A stretch of 64,000 nt of DNA from Limisphaerales bacterium (GTDB taxonomy: Bacteria > Verrucomicrobiota > Verrucomicrobiia > Limisphaerales > UBA11358): the NCBI GenBank assembly GCA_052145735.1, contig JBKQOA010000010.1:38169-102168 (forward strand). The letters are read 5' to 3'. Shown here in pieces: positions 9,315-18,001 of the stretch. The position numbers and the translations under genes are program-made. Positions within the stretch are counted from its first letter, which is position 1; each line of letters starts with the position of its first letter. The notes under the pieces are model-generated. The model had not been told where the DNA came from and searched no databases. It saw nothing but the letters and a program-made list of their open reading frames with translations.

Positions 9315-10094
9315 ATGCGTCATTGTTACCGCGGGGTCCACCTGCTGTTGCTGACGATTTTGATCGTCGGCCCGGCATTTTTTTCGCCGAAGCCGAAGGA
9401 GGACGATCTCCAGGTGCTCGACGTGATTCCGGCCAATTTGATTGACGCGCCCTTCAACAGCGGTGTCGCCGATGCCACGCCTCCTCCGCCCGCGCCGGTC
9501 GCTCCGCCGACCCCGCCGCCGCCCGTTCCCATGGTCACCGCCCCGGAGCCGGTGACGCCGAAAGTGGAGCCACCCAAACCCGTCATCAAGGAAGCGGACA
9601 AGGCGCTGACCCCGCCGGAAAAACCGAAAGAGGCGCACAAGCCGCAAATCAATACCCAGCTCGTGACACGGACCGCACCCAAAGCGTCTCCCAATGCCAA
9701 TGACGCCGCCCGGGCGCGGGCCATCCGCAACGCGGTCAGGAAGTTGAAAAACAATCTCACCTCGGCCACGACCATTGACATGCCCGGCAACAGCAGCGTG
9801 GCGTACGCGAACTATGCCACGGTGGTCAAAAATATTTACGACCAGGCCTGGACATTGCCGGCCACGGTTCTTGGTGGTGACGAAGTCACAAAAGTCAGCG
9901 TCACCATTGCCAGTGATGGCACCGTTATTTCTGCGCGCATCGTTACTCCATCTGGCGACGCGAATTTGGATGCTTCCGTGCAACAAACCTTGGAACGTGT
10001 CAAATTCATCGCGCCATTCCCGGAAGGTGCGACGGAAAAAGAGCGGATTTACCCAATTAGTTTCAATCCTGAAATCAAACGAATGCTCGAATGA
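9315..10094 (+). CDS. TolA/TonB-like energy transducer (TM anchor, Pro-rich linker, TonB_C-like domain)
   Basis: Hydrophobic anchor VHLLLLTILIVGPAFF, Pro-rich PPPPAPVAPPTPPPPVP and C-terminal VSVTIASDGTVISARIVTPSGDANLDASV. The start is uncertain (see the finding on 9295). Confidence 0.65.
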   Translation: MRHCYRGVHLLLLTILIVGPAFFSPKPKEDDLQVLDVIPANLIDAPFNSGVADATPPPPAPVAPPTPPPPVPMVTAPEPVTPKVEPPKPVIKEADKALTPPEKPKEAHKPQINTQLVTRTAPKASPNANDAARARAIRNAVRKLKNNLTSATTIDMPGNSSVAYANYATVVKNIYDQAWTLPATVLGGDEVTKVSVTIASDGTVISARIVTPSGDANLDASVQQTLERVKFIAPFPEGATEKERIYPISFNPEIKRMLE

Positions 10095-11272
10095 AAAACT
10101 GCCTAAAAATATTACCGATTTTGATTGCGGTCCTTGCCGCCGGGCTTGCCCGCGGCCAGAACAATCAGGGCGAAATTGTTATCACGCGCCCGGTTTCTGT
10201 GCTTGGAAGCACCAAACCCATTCCTGTCTCACTCGACGGGTTCAGCGGCGAGGTCGCGGACGTTTTAAAATTTGACCTTTACGTCCAGGGTTTCTCGTTC
10301 GTCGCTCCGGATGCGGCACAATATCAAATCAGCGGCACCGGCGCCGGTAGCGTGCAGGGACGGGTCGTGGACCGGCTGGCCAAGAGCCCCATCCTGACGC
10401 GCAGCTACACCGGCGCGTCGTTGCGGCGGCAGGCACACGCGTTCGCCGACGACATCGTGCAGGCCATCACGCACAAGAACGGCATCGGGCAGACCAAGAT
10501 CGCGTTCAAGGCGCAGGCGCCGGGCGGCAACGGCGAAATTTTCGTGGCCGATTTTGACGGGCACAATGCCCAAGCCGTCACCCATGACAACACGATTGTC
10601 GCCGCGCCCGCGTGGGTGCCGGACCGGCTGGCCCTCTATTACGATTCCTACAAACTCGACAACCCCGACATCTGGTACCACAACCTGACCACCGGACAGC
10701 GTCACGTCATCGCCCATTATTCCGGTTCAAACATCAGCCCCGCGGTTTCACCGAATAGCGCGCGGGTGGCGATGATTTTGAGCAAAAGCGGCAGCCCGGA
10801 TGTGTGGGTGAGTGATGCTGACGGCTCGAATTTAAAACAATTAACCCGCACCCCCGAGGACTCCTCGCCATGCTGGTCGCCGGACGGACAATGGATTTGC
10901 TTCGCGACGAAGTTGAATGAACGGCGCATGCTCGCCAAGGTGCCCGCGGGCGGCGGCGAGGTGCAGCGCATCCCGACTCCCGGTGCGCCGAACCCAACCG
11001 AACCCAACTGGTCGCCGGACGGCAAATGGATCGCGTTCACCTCGCAGGCGGGCGAGTTCGACATCTGCGTGATGCCCGCCGACGGGAGCGCGCCGCCCAC
11101 GGTGCTGGTGGCGGGCGAAGGTCCGTCGTGGTCGCCGAATTCGCGGACGCTGATTTTTACGCGGCGCGCCGGAGGCCGCTACTCGCTATCTGTGCTTGAC
11201 GTGTTCACCAAACAAGTCAAGGATATTGCCCGGATTTCAGGCAACGATTCTCAGCCGGCTTGGGCAAGATGA
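10091..11272 (+). CDS. tolB: Tol-Pal system beta-propeller protein TolB
   Basis: 393-aa ORF with ATGA overlap to the upstream gene. Has a signal peptide and repeated SPDG/WSPDG beta-propeller blades. Confidence 0.9.
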   Translation: MKNCLKILPILIAVLAAGLARGQNNQGEIVITRPVSVLGSTKPIPVSLDGFSGEVADVLKFDLYVQGFSFVAPDAAQYQISGTGAGSVQGRVVDRLAKSPILTRSYTGASLRRQAHAFADDIVQAITHKNGIGQTKIAFKAQAPGGNGEIFVADFDGHNAQAVTHDNTIVAAPAWVPDRLALYYDSYKLDNPDIWYHNLTTGQRHVIAHYSGSNISPAVSPNSARVAMILSKSGSPDVWVSDADGSNLKQLTRTPEDSSPCWSPDGQWICFATKLNERRMLAKVPAGGGEVQRIPTPGAPNPTEPNWSPDGKWIAFTSQAGEFDICVMPADGSAPPTVLVAGEGPSWSPNSRTLIFTRRAGGRYSLSVLDVFTKQVKDIARISGNDSQPAWAR

Positions 11273-11310
11273 TTTTGACTTTTTAACAAACTTTTAACCG
11301 AAGGAAAAAA

Positions 11311-11895
11311 ATGAAAATGATGAAACTGACATGTTTACTGATATTCGCGGTGGCCGTCACGCTGGCCGTGACCGGTTGCAAAAACCACCGCCCCGTCGGA
11401 GTCACGAAGTTACCACCGGGGGCGGGAAGCACACTCCCTGAATCTTCTCCGGGCGGCACTTTGCCGGGAGGTGAACAGCCGACTGCTGGCGGTGGTCCTT
11501 TGCCGCCGATTGAAGAAATTGACAACATGAACGCGGACCGCGCGGCACTGGCCGCTTACACGGTGCATTTTGCCTACGACAGCGCCGCCGTGAGAAAGAG
11601 CGAGAAAGCGAATATCCAGGCTGTGGCCGACGCGTTGGGCCGGGATGCGAGCGCCAAACTGCTCATCGAGGGAAATTGCGACGAACGCGGCACGGAGGAG
11701 TACAACCGCTCGCTCGGCGAGCGCCGCGCGCTGGCCGTTCGCCAGGCGCTGGTCAAACTCGGCATTGATTCCATGCGCGTCGTCACCAAGAGTTACGGCA
11801 AGGACAAGCCGGTAGATGACGGTCACAACGAAGCGGCCTGGGCAAAAAACCGCCGCGATGATTTCGTCATGCTCCACCCCAAGAGCGGGTCCTGA
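11311..11895 (+). CDS. pal: peptidoglycan-associated lipoprotein (OmpA-family C-terminal domain)
   Basis: Lipobox LAVTGC. OmpA-like region FAYDSAAV...IEGNCDERGTEEYNRSLGERRA...NRRDDF. Immediately follows tolB. Confidence 0.85.
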   Translation: MKMMKLTCLLIFAVAVTLAVTGCKNHRPVGVTKLPPGAGSTLPESSPGGTLPGGEQPTAGGGPLPPIEEIDNMNADRAALAAYTVHFAYDSAAVRKSEKANIQAVADALGRDASAKLLIEGNCDERGTEEYNRSLGERRALAVRQALVKLGIDSMRVVTKSYGKDKPVDDGHNEAAWAKNRRDDFVMLHPKSGS

Positions 11896-11922
11896 ACCCG
11901 GGCAAATTTAAGGTTGTCCCAT

Positions 11923-11952
11923 GGCCGCGCGGGTCGCGCGGCCATTGTTTTT
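11923..11952 (+). terminator. rho-independent terminator after pal
   Basis: Perfect stem ggccgcgcg / cgcgcggcc with loop ggt, followed by attgttttt. Confidence 0.7.
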
Positions 11953-12086
11953 GGCAGTGTCTCAATCTGGTGGCGGCGGTGCCGCCGTGGCGCACCCCCA
12001 GGTTCAAATCCGGACATTGCCTTGTTTTTTTGGCGCTTTACTATCGGTGGAAGCGGGCGTAGGCTTGGCAAGGCTCGACAAAACTT

Positions 12087-12356
12087 ATGAATATCATGTT
12101 TGCGGCATTTCTCGGCGGATGGGAGTGGGTGATCGTCATATTGGCCGTATTGCTGCTGTTTGGCTCCAAGAAAATCCCCGAGTTGGCCCGGGGCTTGGGC
12201 CAGGGCATCAAGGAATTCAAAAAGGCAACGCGTGAAGTGACGGACGAAATCCAGAATACGACGATTGACGCGCCGCCGCCCGCTAAGCCAGCCGGCAACG
12301 GCCAGCCGCCGTCCGCGCCCGCGGTTTCGCAATCCTCCACACCGCCCAAAGCCTGA
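12087..12356 (+). CDS. tatA: twin-arginine translocase subunit TatA/E
   Basis: [40 protein letters not shown] is the canonical TatA TM plus amphipathic helix. Confidence 0.85.
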   Translation: MNIMFAAFLGGWEWVIVILAVLLLFGSKKIPELARGLGQGIKEFKKATREVTDEIQNTTIDAPPPAKPAGNGQPPSAPAVSQSSTPPKA

Positions 12357-12373
12357 GGGGGGACGTTTCTGGC

Positions 12374-13372
12374 ATGGCCGGTGACCACGAAGCGGAGCGC
12401 CCCGACGAGGCCGAAGGTGGTCCCATCAAGACCTTTCTCGAGCACCTCGAGGATTTCCGATGGGTGCTCATCAAGAGCATTGTGGCGCTGTTCCTGGGGA
12501 TGCTGATCTGCCTCTTCGCGGCCAACCACGTCATCCAGATCATCAAGTGGCCGCTGATGCGCGCTCCCATTGGCTACCCCGGCACGAACCAGGTGGCCGT
12601 CGTCAGCTTCGGCACCAATCACGTCGGCAATTTTCAGCTCACGCCGGAACAGCAAAAGGAGTTGAACCTCGGCACAAACCGCTTCGTGTCCGTCCGGGTG
12701 GAACCCCTGTTCGTCGGCACCAACCAGGTGCTGGGCTGGCGGGTGACGCATGACCCCGGTGCGATCACCGAGGCGCAGCGGATGAAAATCGACCTGATCA
12801 ATCTCAGTCCGGCCGGTGGATTTGTCGTCGCGTTTCAGGTGGCGATTTACGGCGGGGTGGTGCTGGCCTCGCCGTTTATTTTCTATTTCATCGCCGCGTT
12901 TGTTTTCCCGGCCTTGAAAATCCGCGAACGCAAACACGTTTACCGCGGGTTGCTGGTCGGGGTCGGGTTGTTCCTGCTCGGCGTGGCCTTTTGTTATTTC
13001 ATCCTGATGCCGGTGGCGCTGGCGGCGGCGCAGATGTATTCGCGCTGGCTCGGCCTCGGCGCGTTCCAGTGGCGCGCGGAGGAGTACATCAGTTTCGTCT
13101 GCAAGTTCCTGCTCGGCATGGGGCTGGGTTTTGAACTGCCGGTGGTGGTGCTCACGCTCGTGAAAATCGGGGTGGTCGATTATCACATGTTGTCCCGGGC
13201 ACGCCGTTACATGATCATCATCAACCTGGTGCTCGGCGCGGTGTTGACGACGCCGGAGGTCATCACGCAACTGGTCATGTTCGTGCCGCTGCAACTGTTG
13301 TACGAAATCACCGTCTGGATTGCCTGGTATTGGGACCGGCGGGACCGGAAGCGCGCCGGGGGCGGGCCATAA
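12374..13372 (+). CDS. tatC: twin-arginine translocase subunit TatC (with enlarged first periplasmic loop)
   Basis: 332 aa, six TM segments. Contains FLEHLEDFRWVL, FVFPALKIRERK and VLTTPEVITQ motifs. About 75 extra residues lie between TM1 and TM2. Confidence 0.9.
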   Translation: MAGDHEAERPDEAEGGPIKTFLEHLEDFRWVLIKSIVALFLGMLICLFAANHVIQIIKWPLMRAPIGYPGTNQVAVVSFGTNHVGNFQLTPEQQKELNLGTNRFVSVRVEPLFVGTNQVLGWRVTHDPGAITEAQRMKIDLINLSPAGGFVVAFQVAIYGGVVLASPFIFYFIAAFVFPALKIRERKHVYRGLLVGVGLFLLGVAFCYFILMPVALAAAQMYSRWLGLGAFQWRAEEYISFVCKFLLGMGLGFELPVVVLTLVKIGVVDYHMLSRARRYMIIINLVLGAVLTTPEVITQLVMFVPLQLLYEITVWIAWYWDRRDRKRAGGGP

Positions 13373-13443
13373 ACCACGACTGCAAAACACGCTTTACAAC
13401 CGGCGATTTCGGCGTAAGCTCAACTCGTCAACTTGAATAACGT

Positions 13444-13896
13444 ATGCGAAACGCCATTTCCCTTCTCGCTTTGACCGCGGTGGCCGCCCTGTTCACGTCC
13501 GGATGCGCGGGTCCGGAACAAAAACTCGGTCGCGGCATCAGCAACACCATGGAAATCACCCGCTTTGGCGACATGCGCCGGTCCATCGAGCAGGAGGGCG
13601 TTTTTGATTCGCCCAGCGCCGGCTACACCGTCGGTGCGGTTCAAGGCCTTACCCAAACAGTGACCCGGACCGGAGTTGGCCTCTTTGAAGTCGTGACGTT
13701 TCCGATTCCGATGCCGGGATCCGGATACGGCCCGATATTCCCCCATTACCTTCCGCCCGGGCCCGTCTATCCCGACAGCTACAAGCCGGGTTTGATTTCC
13801 GGTTCGACGTTCGACACGGACACGTATGTCGGCATGAGTGGCGGCGACATTGCCCCGTTCGTTCCCGGCAGCCGGTTCAAGGTATTCGACAATTGA
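13444..13896 (+). CDS. small lipoprotein, resembles the exosortase-associated TIGR04073-type family
   Basis: Lipobox LFTSGC followed by KLGRGISNTMEITRFGDMRRSIEQEG...GLTQTVTRTGVGLFEVVTFPIP. The family call is from memory of that motif pattern only. Confidence 0.5.
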   Translation: MRNAISLLALTAVAALFTSGCAGPEQKLGRGISNTMEITRFGDMRRSIEQEGVFDSPSAGYTVGAVQGLTQTVTRTGVGLFEVVTFPIPMPGSGYGPIFPHYLPPGPVYPDSYKPGLISGSTFDTDTYVGMSGGDIAPFVPGSRFKVFDN

Positions 13897-13920
13897 CCGT
13901 GACCCGATCCGCTTTCAGCC

Positions 13921-13957
13921 ACGCGCCAACCTTTCCCCGTTGGCGCGTTTTGTTTTT
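13921..13957 (+). terminator. rho-independent terminator
   Basis: 10-bp perfect stem acgcgccaac / gttggcgcgt with an 8-nt loop, then tttgttttt. Confidence 0.75.
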
Positions 13958-13966
13958 GTGAAGGCC

Positions 13967-14839
13967 ATGGCGCTCGAAAAACATTCACCCGCCAAGGTCA
14001 ACCTGCTGCTGAACATCCTCGGCAAACGGCCCGACGGGTATCACGAACTCGAAACCGTGATGCAGCCGGTCAACTTTTGCGACCGGCTGACGTTTGAACG
14101 CCGCGGCGCCACGGTTGAACTTTCCTGCAACGACGCGACGCTGCCGGTGGATGCGCGCAACCTGGTTCACCGCGCGGCCACCGGATTCCTGTCCGCCGTA
14201 AAAACCGGCGACGGCGTGCGCGTGCATCTGGAAAAGAAAATTCCACTGGCGGCCGGGCTGGGCGGGGGCAGCGGCAATGCCGCCACGACCCTGCTCGCGT
14301 TGAACGAGCTGTTCGGCCGGCCGCTGGCCCCGGCCGAACTCGACGACCTGGCCGCGACGCTCGGTTCGGACGTGCCCTTTTTCCTGCAAAACCGGCCGGC
14401 GCTGGCCACCGGTCGCGGCGAAAAAATCCAGCCGCTGGATGATTTTCCCGCGTTGCAGGGCAAGGTGTTCCTGCTGATCCATCCCGGGTTCGGCATATCC
14501 ACACCCTGGGCGTACCAGGCCCTGGCGCGTTTCCCGAAAGCGTTGAACGGCCGGCCGGGCCGCGCGGCGGAATTGATTGCGAAGCTTCAAGCCAATGATT
14601 GGCCCGCTGTCGCGGACAGCTTTTACAATTCACTCGAGGCCCCGGCACTGGAAAAGTATCCGGTGCTCGCGCTGTTCCAGGAATTCCTCCGCACCAACGG
14701 CGCGCTGGCCGCGTTGATGTCCGGCAGCGGTTCCACCACCTTTGCCATTGCTGAAAACTCCGGGGCCGCGGAATCACTGGTGGAGAAATTCAAATCGAAA
14801 TTCGGACGAAACTGCTGGACCGCCGTGGTGGAGATTTGA
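13967..14839 (+). CDS. ispE: 4-diphosphocytidyl-2-C-methyl-D-erythritol kinase
   Basis: ATG at 13967 (MALEKHSPAKVNLLLNILGKRPDGYHEL). GHMP kinase motif PLAAGLGGGSGNAA. Confidence 0.9.
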   Translation: MALEKHSPAKVNLLLNILGKRPDGYHELETVMQPVNFCDRLTFERRGATVELSCNDATLPVDARNLVHRAATGFLSAVKTGDGVRVHLEKKIPLAAGLGGGSGNAATTLLALNELFGRPLAPAELDDLAATLGSDVPFFLQNRPALATGRGEKIQPLDDFPALQGKVFLLIHPGFGISTPWAYQALARFPKALNGRPGRAAELIAKLQANDWPAVADSFYNSLEAPALEKYPVLALFQEFLRTNGALAALMSGSGSTTFAIAENSGAAESLVEKFKSKFGRNCWTAVVEI

Positions 14840-14842
14840 ACC

Positions 14843-14923
14843 GGAGGCAACGAAGGAAACCGGGTTTTTTACAAAAGGTCAGCCGCTGGAAAATCAAAAT
14901 TCTATGTTTGCTTCGTTTGCTTC
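14843..14923. repeat. hairpin repeat element filling the convergent ispE/murJ spacer
   Basis: Left arm ggaggcaacgaaggaaac (14843-14860) and right arm gtttgcttcgtttgcttc (14906-14923) are approximate reverse complements. Same arm family as 29405-29464. Confidence 0.6.
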
Positions 14924-14926
14924 TGT

Positions 14927-16507
14927 TCAGCTCCGGGTTTTGAATTTCGCCAGCGCGAATTCCAGCATCTCCTTCGCCGCCGGAATTTTGAAGGCCAGCG
15001 CCAGCAGCCAATAAACCAGCCCGGCAACTCCCGCGGGCACAAACACCTCGCCAATCTTGAGCGCAAGCGTTTCGTGGCCGGATGATTTTTCCCAGAAATG
15101 CCAGCCAAACCACGCAATCAGCCCGGCCAGCACGCCGCCGGCTGCCAGCGGCAGCAGGGTTTTCCGGAGCAGTTCCATTTCCAACTTGCCCAATTTTTTT
15201 TGCAAGGTGAAAGCCAGCAGATAGACATTGCAGGCCGAGGTCAGGGTGTTTGCGATACCGAGGCCGCCCTGCTGCAATGGCACAACCAGCGCCGCGGCCA
15301 GAAGAAAATTCATCACCAGGCAGGCGATGCTGATTTGCATTGGCGTTTTGGTGTCGCCGAGCGCGAAAAACGCCCGGGCCAGGATGTTGACGGTTGAAAA
15401 CGCCACCAACCCCGGGGCGAGGCACATCAAGGCAAAGGCCACGCGGTGGGTTGAATCCGCAGTGAACGCGCCGCGTTCGAACAACAACCGCACGATGGGT
15501 TCGGCCAGCACCACGAGCAGGACGGAGGCAATCAGGTTCAAAAAAAACAGCGTGCTCAGGCCATGCCGCAGCGTGGTGCGGAATTCGGAATAATTTTTTT
15601 CCGCCGCCAGTCCGGAAAGCGTCGGCAGAAGATATGTTGCCAGCGAGATGCCGAACATGCCTTGGGGCAGTTCCATGAGCCGGACAGCGCCGGTGAACGA
15701 GGAAACGATGCCATTGCCGACCAAAAACGCCATGCCTTGCACGAGCGCCACATTGATTTGAAAGGCCGCCACGCCGATCGTGCCGGGGATCATTTTGTAA
15801 ATGACGCGATGCACGGTTTCATCGCGCCACGGAGAAACCCAACGGTAACGAAAGCCGTCGCGCCAGAGCGTCGGCAATTGAAAGGCCGCCTGCGCCACAC
15901 CCGCCGCCAGCACGCCGATGGCCAGCGCGAAGATTTGAACCGGCAGTTTTTCTTCCTTCGGCAGGCCGTGGCCGAACTGCGGCGCCAGCCATAGCACGGA
16001 GGCGATCATCACGACGTTGAGCATGGTTGCGCCCATCGCCGGTATGAAAAAGTGGCCGCGCGCGTTCAGCATTCCCATCATCGCCGCCGCCAGGCATACG
16101 AGCAGCATGTAGGGAAACATCACCCGCAACAGGCGCAGCATCAGCTCGGTCTTCGCATCAAATTGATGCATGGCCAGGACGAGGGAAACCACCAGCAGCA
16201 CCAGCACGATGACTCCGCTCGCAGCGACCACCAGCCCGGAAATGACCGCATTGGCCGCGCGCCACATTTCGGCCTCGCCGTGGATTTTTTCCTTTTCTTT
16301 GAAAACCGGGATAAACGCCGCGGTCAATGCGCCTTCGCCCAGCAGTCGCCGGAAAAGGTTCGGAATCATGAAAGCCAGCTGGAAGGCGTCGTTGACCCAG
16401 CCGGTGCCCATGAAATGGAAATAAACCATTTCGCGCACCATGCCGAGCACGCGGCTGACGAGCGTGGCGGCGGCCATGGAGCCCGATGACTTGAGCATTT
16501 GCGACAT
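14927..16507 (-). CDS. murJ: lipid II flippase MurJ (MviN)
   Basis: ATG at 16507 (MSQMLKSSGSMAAATLVSRVLGMVREMVYFHFMGTGWVNDAFQLAF). 526 aa, polytopic. The 794-aa track ORF is an artefactual upstream extension. Confidence 0.9.
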   Translation of the reverse strand: MSQMLKSSGSMAAATLVSRVLGMVREMVYFHFMGTGWVNDAFQLAFMIPNLFRRLLGEGALTAAFIPVFKEKEKIHGEAEMWRAANAVISGLVVAASGVIVLVLLVVSLVLAMHQFDAKTELMLRLLRVMFPYMLLVCLAAAMMGMLNARGHFFIPAMGATMLNVVMIASVLWLAPQFGHGLPKEEKLPVQIFALAIGVLAAGVAQAAFQLPTLWRDGFRYRWVSPWRDETVHRVIYKMIPGTIGVAAFQINVALVQGMAFLVGNGIVSSFTGAVRLMELPQGMFGISLATYLLPTLSGLAAEKNYSEFRTTLRHGLSTLFFLNLIASVLLVVLAEPIVRLLFERGAFTADSTHRVAFALMCLAPGLVAFSTVNILARAFFALGDTKTPMQISIACLVMNFLLAAALVVPLQQGGLGIANTLTSACNVYLLAFTLQKKLGKLEMELLRKTLLPLAAGGVLAGLIAWFGWHFWEKSSGHETLALKIGEVFVPAGVAGLVYWLLALAFKIPAAKEMLEFALAKFKTRS

Positions 16508-16569
16508 CGGGCGAAAGGCTAGAGTCGAATGCCCACAGGCTAAAGTCCAAAGTGCGCCGTAGTAGCGCT

Positions 16570-16660
16570 TTCGTCCTCGTTCTCGCAATCGAATCCGGCG
16601 AAGAATCGAGGACCCGCCTTCGCGCAGACGCTTCGGCACGGCAGGCGAGGACGAGAAGGA
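16570..16660. repeat. hairpin repeat element (CGTCCTCG / CGAGGACG family) in the murJ/tyrS divergent spacer
   Basis: tttcgtcctcgttctcg at 16569-16585. Complementary cgaggac at 16607-16613 and cgaggacgagaagga at 16646-16660. Confidence 0.6.
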
Positions 16661-16676
16661 GGGCGAGGCGGATTGA

Positions 16677-16711
16677 GCCAATTGGAAATTGGCAATTGGA
16701 AATTGGCAATT
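16677..16711. repeat. tandem heptamer repeat (AATTGGA/AATTGGC)
   Basis: gccaattggaaattggcaattggaaattggcaatt has period 7 (exact period 14) and contains the palindrome ccaattgg. It lies just upstream of the tyrS start. Confidence 0.8.
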
Positions 16712-16723
16712 TATCCTCTCCGC

Positions 16724-17998
16724 GTGAGCATTCTGGAAGAACTCAAATGGCGCGGGCTGGTGGCCGATTGTACCGACGCGGTGGAACTGGCCAAACGGCT
16801 CGCCTCGCCCGTAACGCTGTACTGCGGGTTTGACCCGACGGCCGACAGCCTGCACGTGGGCAACCTCGTACCGCTGCTGGCGCTGCGCCGGTTTCAGTTG
16901 CTCGGCCATCATCCCATCGCGGTCGCGGGCGGGGCGACCGGTTCCATCGGTGATCCGAGCGGCAGGACACAGGAGCGGCAATTGCTCACGAAAGAAGTTC
17001 TGGATCACAATATCGCCACGGTGAAGCTTCAGCTTGCGAAGCTGCTGGATTTTGAAACCAAACAAAATCCCGCGCGCCTGATGGACAATGCCGACTGGAC
17101 GAAACTGACGTATCTCGATTTTCTGCGCGACATCGGCAAGCATTTTTCCGTCAACCAGATGGTGGCCAAGGAGAGCGTCCGCGCCCGGATGGAAGACCGC
17201 GAGGCGGGCATCAGCTACACCGAGTTCAGCTACATGCTGCTGCAGGCGTTTGACTTCATGGTTTTGTGCCGCGACCACAATTGCGAACTGCAAATTGGCG
17301 GCAGCGACCAATGGGGCAACATCACCGCGGGGATTGATCTGACGCGCAAAAAACTCGGCAAGGCGGTTTACGGCCTCACGCTGCCGCTCATCACCAACGC
17401 CGACGGTTCGAAGTTTGGCAAGACCGTCGCCGGCGCCATCTGGCTCGACCCGAAGCGCACGAGCGTTTATCGCTTCTACCAGTTCTGGATCAACACCGAT
17501 GACCGCGACGTCATCCGTTACCTGAAATTTTTCACATTTTTATCGAAGGAAGAGATTGAGATGTTGGAGAAGAAGCACACGGAAAATCCCGGCCAGCGCG
17601 AAGCTCACCGGGCTTTGGCCAAAGCGGCGACCGATTTGATTCACGGCCCGAACGCAACGACGGAAGCCATCCGCGCCAGCGAAATTCTTTTTGGCGGCGA
17701 ACTGAAAGGCATTGCCGAGAGCACGTTCAATGACATTGTCGGCGAAGTGCCGACGAAGGAAATCGAGAAGTCAAAACTGGAGGGCGCCGGTCTGCCGCTG
17801 GTGGAATTGCTCGTTCATGCCGGTTTGTGTCCATCCAAGGGCCAGGCGCGCAAAGACATCGAAGGCGGTGGCGTGAACGTGAACAACATCCGCGAATCAA
17901 ACTTCCAACGCGCGGTGACGGCGAGCGACTTGCTTTTCGGCAAGCACCTGCTGTTGCGCAAAGGCAAAAAGAATTACGTGGTCGTGACGGCGAGGTGA
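16724..17998 (+). CDS. tyrS: tyrosine--tRNA ligase
   Basis: GTG at 16724 gives VSILEELKWRGLVADCTD. HVGN (HIGH-type) and KFGKT (KMSKS-type) motifs and a C-terminal S4-like domain. The TTG at 16673 would read through the heptamer repeat. Confidence 0.9.
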   Translation: MSILEELKWRGLVADCTDAVELAKRLASPVTLYCGFDPTADSLHVGNLVPLLALRRFQLLGHHPIAVAGGATGSIGDPSGRTQERQLLTKEVLDHNIATVKLQLAKLLDFETKQNPARLMDNADWTKLTYLDFLRDIGKHFSVNQMVAKESVRARMEDREAGISYTEFSYMLLQAFDFMVLCRDHNCELQIGGSDQWGNITAGIDLTRKKLGKAVYGLTLPLITNADGSKFGKTVAGAIWLDPKRTSVYRFYQFWINTDDRDVIRYLKFFTFLSKEEIEMLEKKHTENPGQREAHRALAKAATDLIHGPNATTEAIRASEILFGGELKGIAESTFNDIVGEVPTKEIEKSKLEGAGLPLVELLVHAGLCPSKGQARKDIEGGGVNVNNIRESNFQRAVTASDLLFGKHLLLRKGKKNYVVVTAR

Positions 17999-18001
17999 GT
18001 C

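Noticed and set aside
12001-12011. tRNA-like T-loop string ggttcaaatcc in the pal/tatA spacer.
   Set aside because: The flanking bases do not form a T-stem (ccagg versus ccgga). I could not build an acceptor stem, D-arm or anticodon arm, so it is not a tRNA or tmRNA gene.
16677-16711. Possible CRISPR-like or other arrays among the short tandem repeats (16677, 38301, 54365, 63125).
   Set aside because: The units are only 6-10 nt long, directly abutting with no spacers, at most four copies each, and no cas genes are present. They are micro-tandem repeats, not CRISPR.
16673-16723. TTG start at 16673, which would add MSQLEIGNWKLAIYPLR to TyrS.
   Set aside because: The extension is just the translation of the AATTGGN heptamer repeat. 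The conserved TyrS N-terminus (SILEELKWRG) begins at the GTG at 16724.
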